64,000 nucleotides of DNA from assembly GCF_009914755.1 (NCBI RefSeq), contig NC_060933.1, one strand, 5' to 3'. The notes under the pieces are model-generated. The model had not been told where the DNA came from, made no database searches, and saw nothing but the letters and a program-made list of their open reading frames with translations. Shown here piece by piece: positions 60,644 through 64,000 of this stretch. A program made the translations under genes and the position numbers. This DNA is from the human T2T-CHM13v2.0 reference genome, Homo sapiens. The first letter of the stretch is position 1. Each line of letters opens with the position of its first letter.

Positions 60644-63273
60644 TGCTAATACAGTGGGGTATAAGGTTGGTTTTACCAACAAACCCAATCTTATGCTAAG
60701 TATTTGTTAGGCTTCTTTTCCCCCAACAAAGTATATTTAAACAGAACAAGGATTGAATTTCAAATTTAATTTTCTTTGAGGGCAAAAATACCTCTGTTTG
60801 AAGCTGTGATTTCCAAAGCCTTCTGATAGGAATCAGTGAACAGCGGGTATGATTCAGAGCTCTGAGTCTAAATCCATAGCTTCCCTTGCTTCCCGAATTC
60901 AATTAAAAGTTAAAAGTAAGAGAAAAAAATGAGTCTTGGACTTCTAAGTCTCTGTTCATTAAGTGTTTTCATGCTTATTGTGTGAAACGCATTAGGAATT
61001 TCACAATGAATAGGACTTCCTGCCCTCATGGAGTTTGTACGTTGGCACCTATATATATCTTTGTATTGCTAATGCCACTGCACATAGTAGTGCTTAACTA
61101 TTGGTTAAATAAATGTCCCTGCTGCATCTTTATTAAGGTAAAAAGGAAGCCTTTGGCTTTGATTTGTTTAACATCCTATTTTTATGAGTCCCAACTACTT
61201 TCCAAGCATTGAGCACTGGAGATACAATAGTAAGCATAACAGATATGGCCTGTCTCCTGGTGGGAAGACAGACAATTAAGTAGAAACCTAAGTAATCGTG
61301 AGCTTGGATTGGTGCCATGGATGAATTGACTTGATGCTATGAGAATAGTTACATAACTGAAAGAACTGGCCTGACAGGACGAGAGTATGAGGGAAGGGTT
61401 TGCTAAAGAAGGGGTGTTGGAACTGCAATCCCAAAGGTGAATAGGAGTGAGCCAGGTATGAGGTTGTCCAGGCAGAAGGAGCATGCTTGCATTGCATGTC
61501 CACTTTGGTTGCCATTTCCATTCAGAAGAAAAGTCAATGCAAGGAAAAGAGAGTCCTTTCTCAGTAATTCAGCAAGCATTTCTGGGTACTCGCTATACAT
61601 GAACAGGGGACAACAATGAGTGAGAGACAGTTCTGGCCTGGAGAAGACATTCATAATGTCATAGGCAGGCTGGGAGGTGCTGGCCTCTCCCAGATATGGC
61701 CTCAAAAGGAGGCTTAAAATGCCCCTGCTGCTGCTGGCACCTTCTGGTTCCCCATTCGGGTTTCAGGCATCAGCCTTTATCTTGGAATTGGTGCCTCAGA
61801 GGCAGCCTAAACTAGTTGGGTTTGGTATGCAGCCACCCATGCTGCAAAAGTAAGCATCAGCCGTGAACCCATGAGAAGCTATGGTGTTTTTATTGATTTT
61901 GTGTTTGTGGTGAGTGTTTAAGGGAGAAAGGGAGGGTGGGAGGGAGAAAGAGAGAGACTGAGAAGAGGTGAGGGTGAAGACTGGGAAAAGACTGAGCTGG
62001 TGAAGAAGTCAGGACTCTGGACCAGCAAAGTCTGTGAAGACAGCAGAGCTTTGTGTACACCCGTTCCTGAGAGGTGACCCCTGAGGACTGATTCGGAAGT
62101 AAATGAAGACCATCAGCTAGAGAAACAAGCAGAGCTCTTAGAGAAACCCTGTATAATTATGAAAATGATACTTAAACAGCATTCTGTTTTTCCTAATTAT
62201 AAAAATAATTCATACTCAATGCAGAATACTTGGAAGACATGGGAAAAATGAAAAGAAACACCCATATCCTATCATGAGAATGTAAGAAGCAAATGAGATG
62301 TTGGTCCGTGTAAAAGTTCTATTATTTACCAGGTACTTATCACACACCAACTCTTGTTATATATGATACTGAGGGAGAATCAACCCTATTACTATGAGGG
62401 TGAGGCAGCTATAATAAGGGTTAATGAAATATAGAAGACATTGTTTTGTAATTAGCCTATTACAACATATATCTATGGGGAAAAATGTTAATTCTTCCTT
62501 ACCCCAGCAAAAGAATGAAAAGTTGAAGAAACTTGAAGATTTGTGAAAATGTTTTACAGGATTTGGTGTCAATTTGTTTTTTTTTAATAAAGTGCCATGG
62601 GAGCCTCATAACCACTGCCCTTCCTCTCATTTATTCAGAATGCAAAAGCACTGGGATGAAGTGTTTGCTGTTCGCAGCCGCATTTATTTTCTGTTCCACT
62701 ACTATTGATCTGTTAGGATTGTCTATACACTTACTGATTGCATAGACATTTTACTTAGGTGCTTTCTTTGTGAGTCACTTAGGTACACAATAAAAGTTTA
62801 CCCTAGCATTGGGCCTAAACTGCAGAAGATCTCAGCTTAAAGATGTCCTGCTCCAGTTTGTGGCCTCACCCCAGGTGTTGAGTGAGCATCTTTCTGTAGA
62901 GGTCAGCTGGAGCAGAATGCTGTCTTCCTGGCTGTCTAACCTTGGGCAGCAGCCAGACTCCAGGAATAGAGCTCTGATTGAGGCAGACCTGCAAACAGCC
63001 TGACTAGGGGAGGTGTCCACAGTCAATGGGAGAGGAACACACTCTCCCACTGAGAGCGTCTGGAGACACTGACACCAACACGCAGCAAATGTGGGCCTAT
63101 CCTGTTCCCTTTCTAGGTCTTATTTCTTCATCTGTAAAATAAGAAAGTTAGAGTGGAGTAGATCTGAGAGTCCTAGTTACCTGGACCTGGGGACTAACAG
63201 GCAGATTTCCACGTCAGCACTTTAGTGCTGATTACTGAAGTTTCAGGAAGGGATTACCATTAGTTTCATATTC

Positions 63274-63580
63274 TTTTTTTTTTTTTAATTATTTAGATGG
63301 GGTCTCTCTCTTGTCACCCAGATTGGGACACAGTGGTGCAGTCTTGGCTTGGCTCACTCCATTCTCAACCTCCTTGGCTCAAGGGATCCTCCCACCTCAG
63401 CCTCCAGAGTAGCTGGGACTACAGGCACATGCCACCATACCTGGCCAATTTTTATATTTTTTTGTAGAGAGAGTCTTGCTGTGTTGCCCAGGCTGGTTTC
63501 AAACTCCTGGCCTCAAGTGATCCTTCTGCCTTGGCCTCCCAAAGTGCTGAGATTACAGGTGTGAGCCACTGCACCCAGCC
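63274..63580 (-). mobile_element. AluJ
   Basis: Antisense Alu. Confidence 0.9.
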
Positions 63581-63722
63581 ATAATCAGTCCTTAAATTGC
63601 ACACATCTGTTTTTTTTTTAATCACTTTTCTATTATATCTCATAACTTTTGAACATGTAATTTAAAACAATGCCAATGCCATAGGGAATGGCTAGCTGTT
63701 CAGAGGAAGGAAAGATAGTCAC

Positions 63723-63929
63723 CCAGCCTGGGCAACATAGCAAAACTCCATCCCTACAAAAAATAAAAATCAGCCAGGTGTGGTGTCGTGTGCCTGTAGT
63801 CCCAGCTCCTTGGGAGGCTGGGGCGGGAGGATCAACTTGCCACAGGATGTCAAGGCTGCAGTGAGCTGAGATCACACTACTGCACTCCAGCTTGGGTGAT
63901 AGAGATCCTGTCTCAAAGAGGAAAAAAAA
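63723..63929 (+). mobile_element. 5'-truncated AluJ
   Basis: Sense partial Alu with A tail. Confidence 0.88.
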
Positions 63930-64000
63930 GCCAGTTGCATCTTGAAGGTATGTTGCCCTTGGTTATAGTTTAGCTTGAAGAAGGAGACAGAGCCAACCAG

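Overview
Hominid (almost certainly human; it carries an SVA and AluY elements) genomic DNA from inside the RABGAP1 gene, which is transcribed on the + strand. The first ~40.6 kb is the distal part of one long phase-0 intron. That intron contains the nested, same-strand GPCR gene GPR21 (intronless CDS 9816-10865), an antisense processed RPS25 pseudogene (~4572-5063) and a full-length antisense SVA (~31715-33331). Six RABGAP1 coding exons (40592-52007) encode most of the TBC Rab-GAP domain, and all are phase 0/0. The rest is about 20 Alus plus L1, MIR, MaLR LTR and Tigger/hAT relics. I see no convincing new biological system. The best unexplained signals are: an exact 39-nt copy of the GPR21 5' leader 1.85 kb upstream; a candidate in-frame 12-nt microexon/recursive splice site; an inverted-Alu-flanked exon block whose circle would be stop-free; a possible poison or link exon in front of GPR21; and an intronic poly(A) option that would separate the two catalytic fingers of the TBC domain. 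Repeat subfamily names come from visual recognition, not from a RepeatMasker run.
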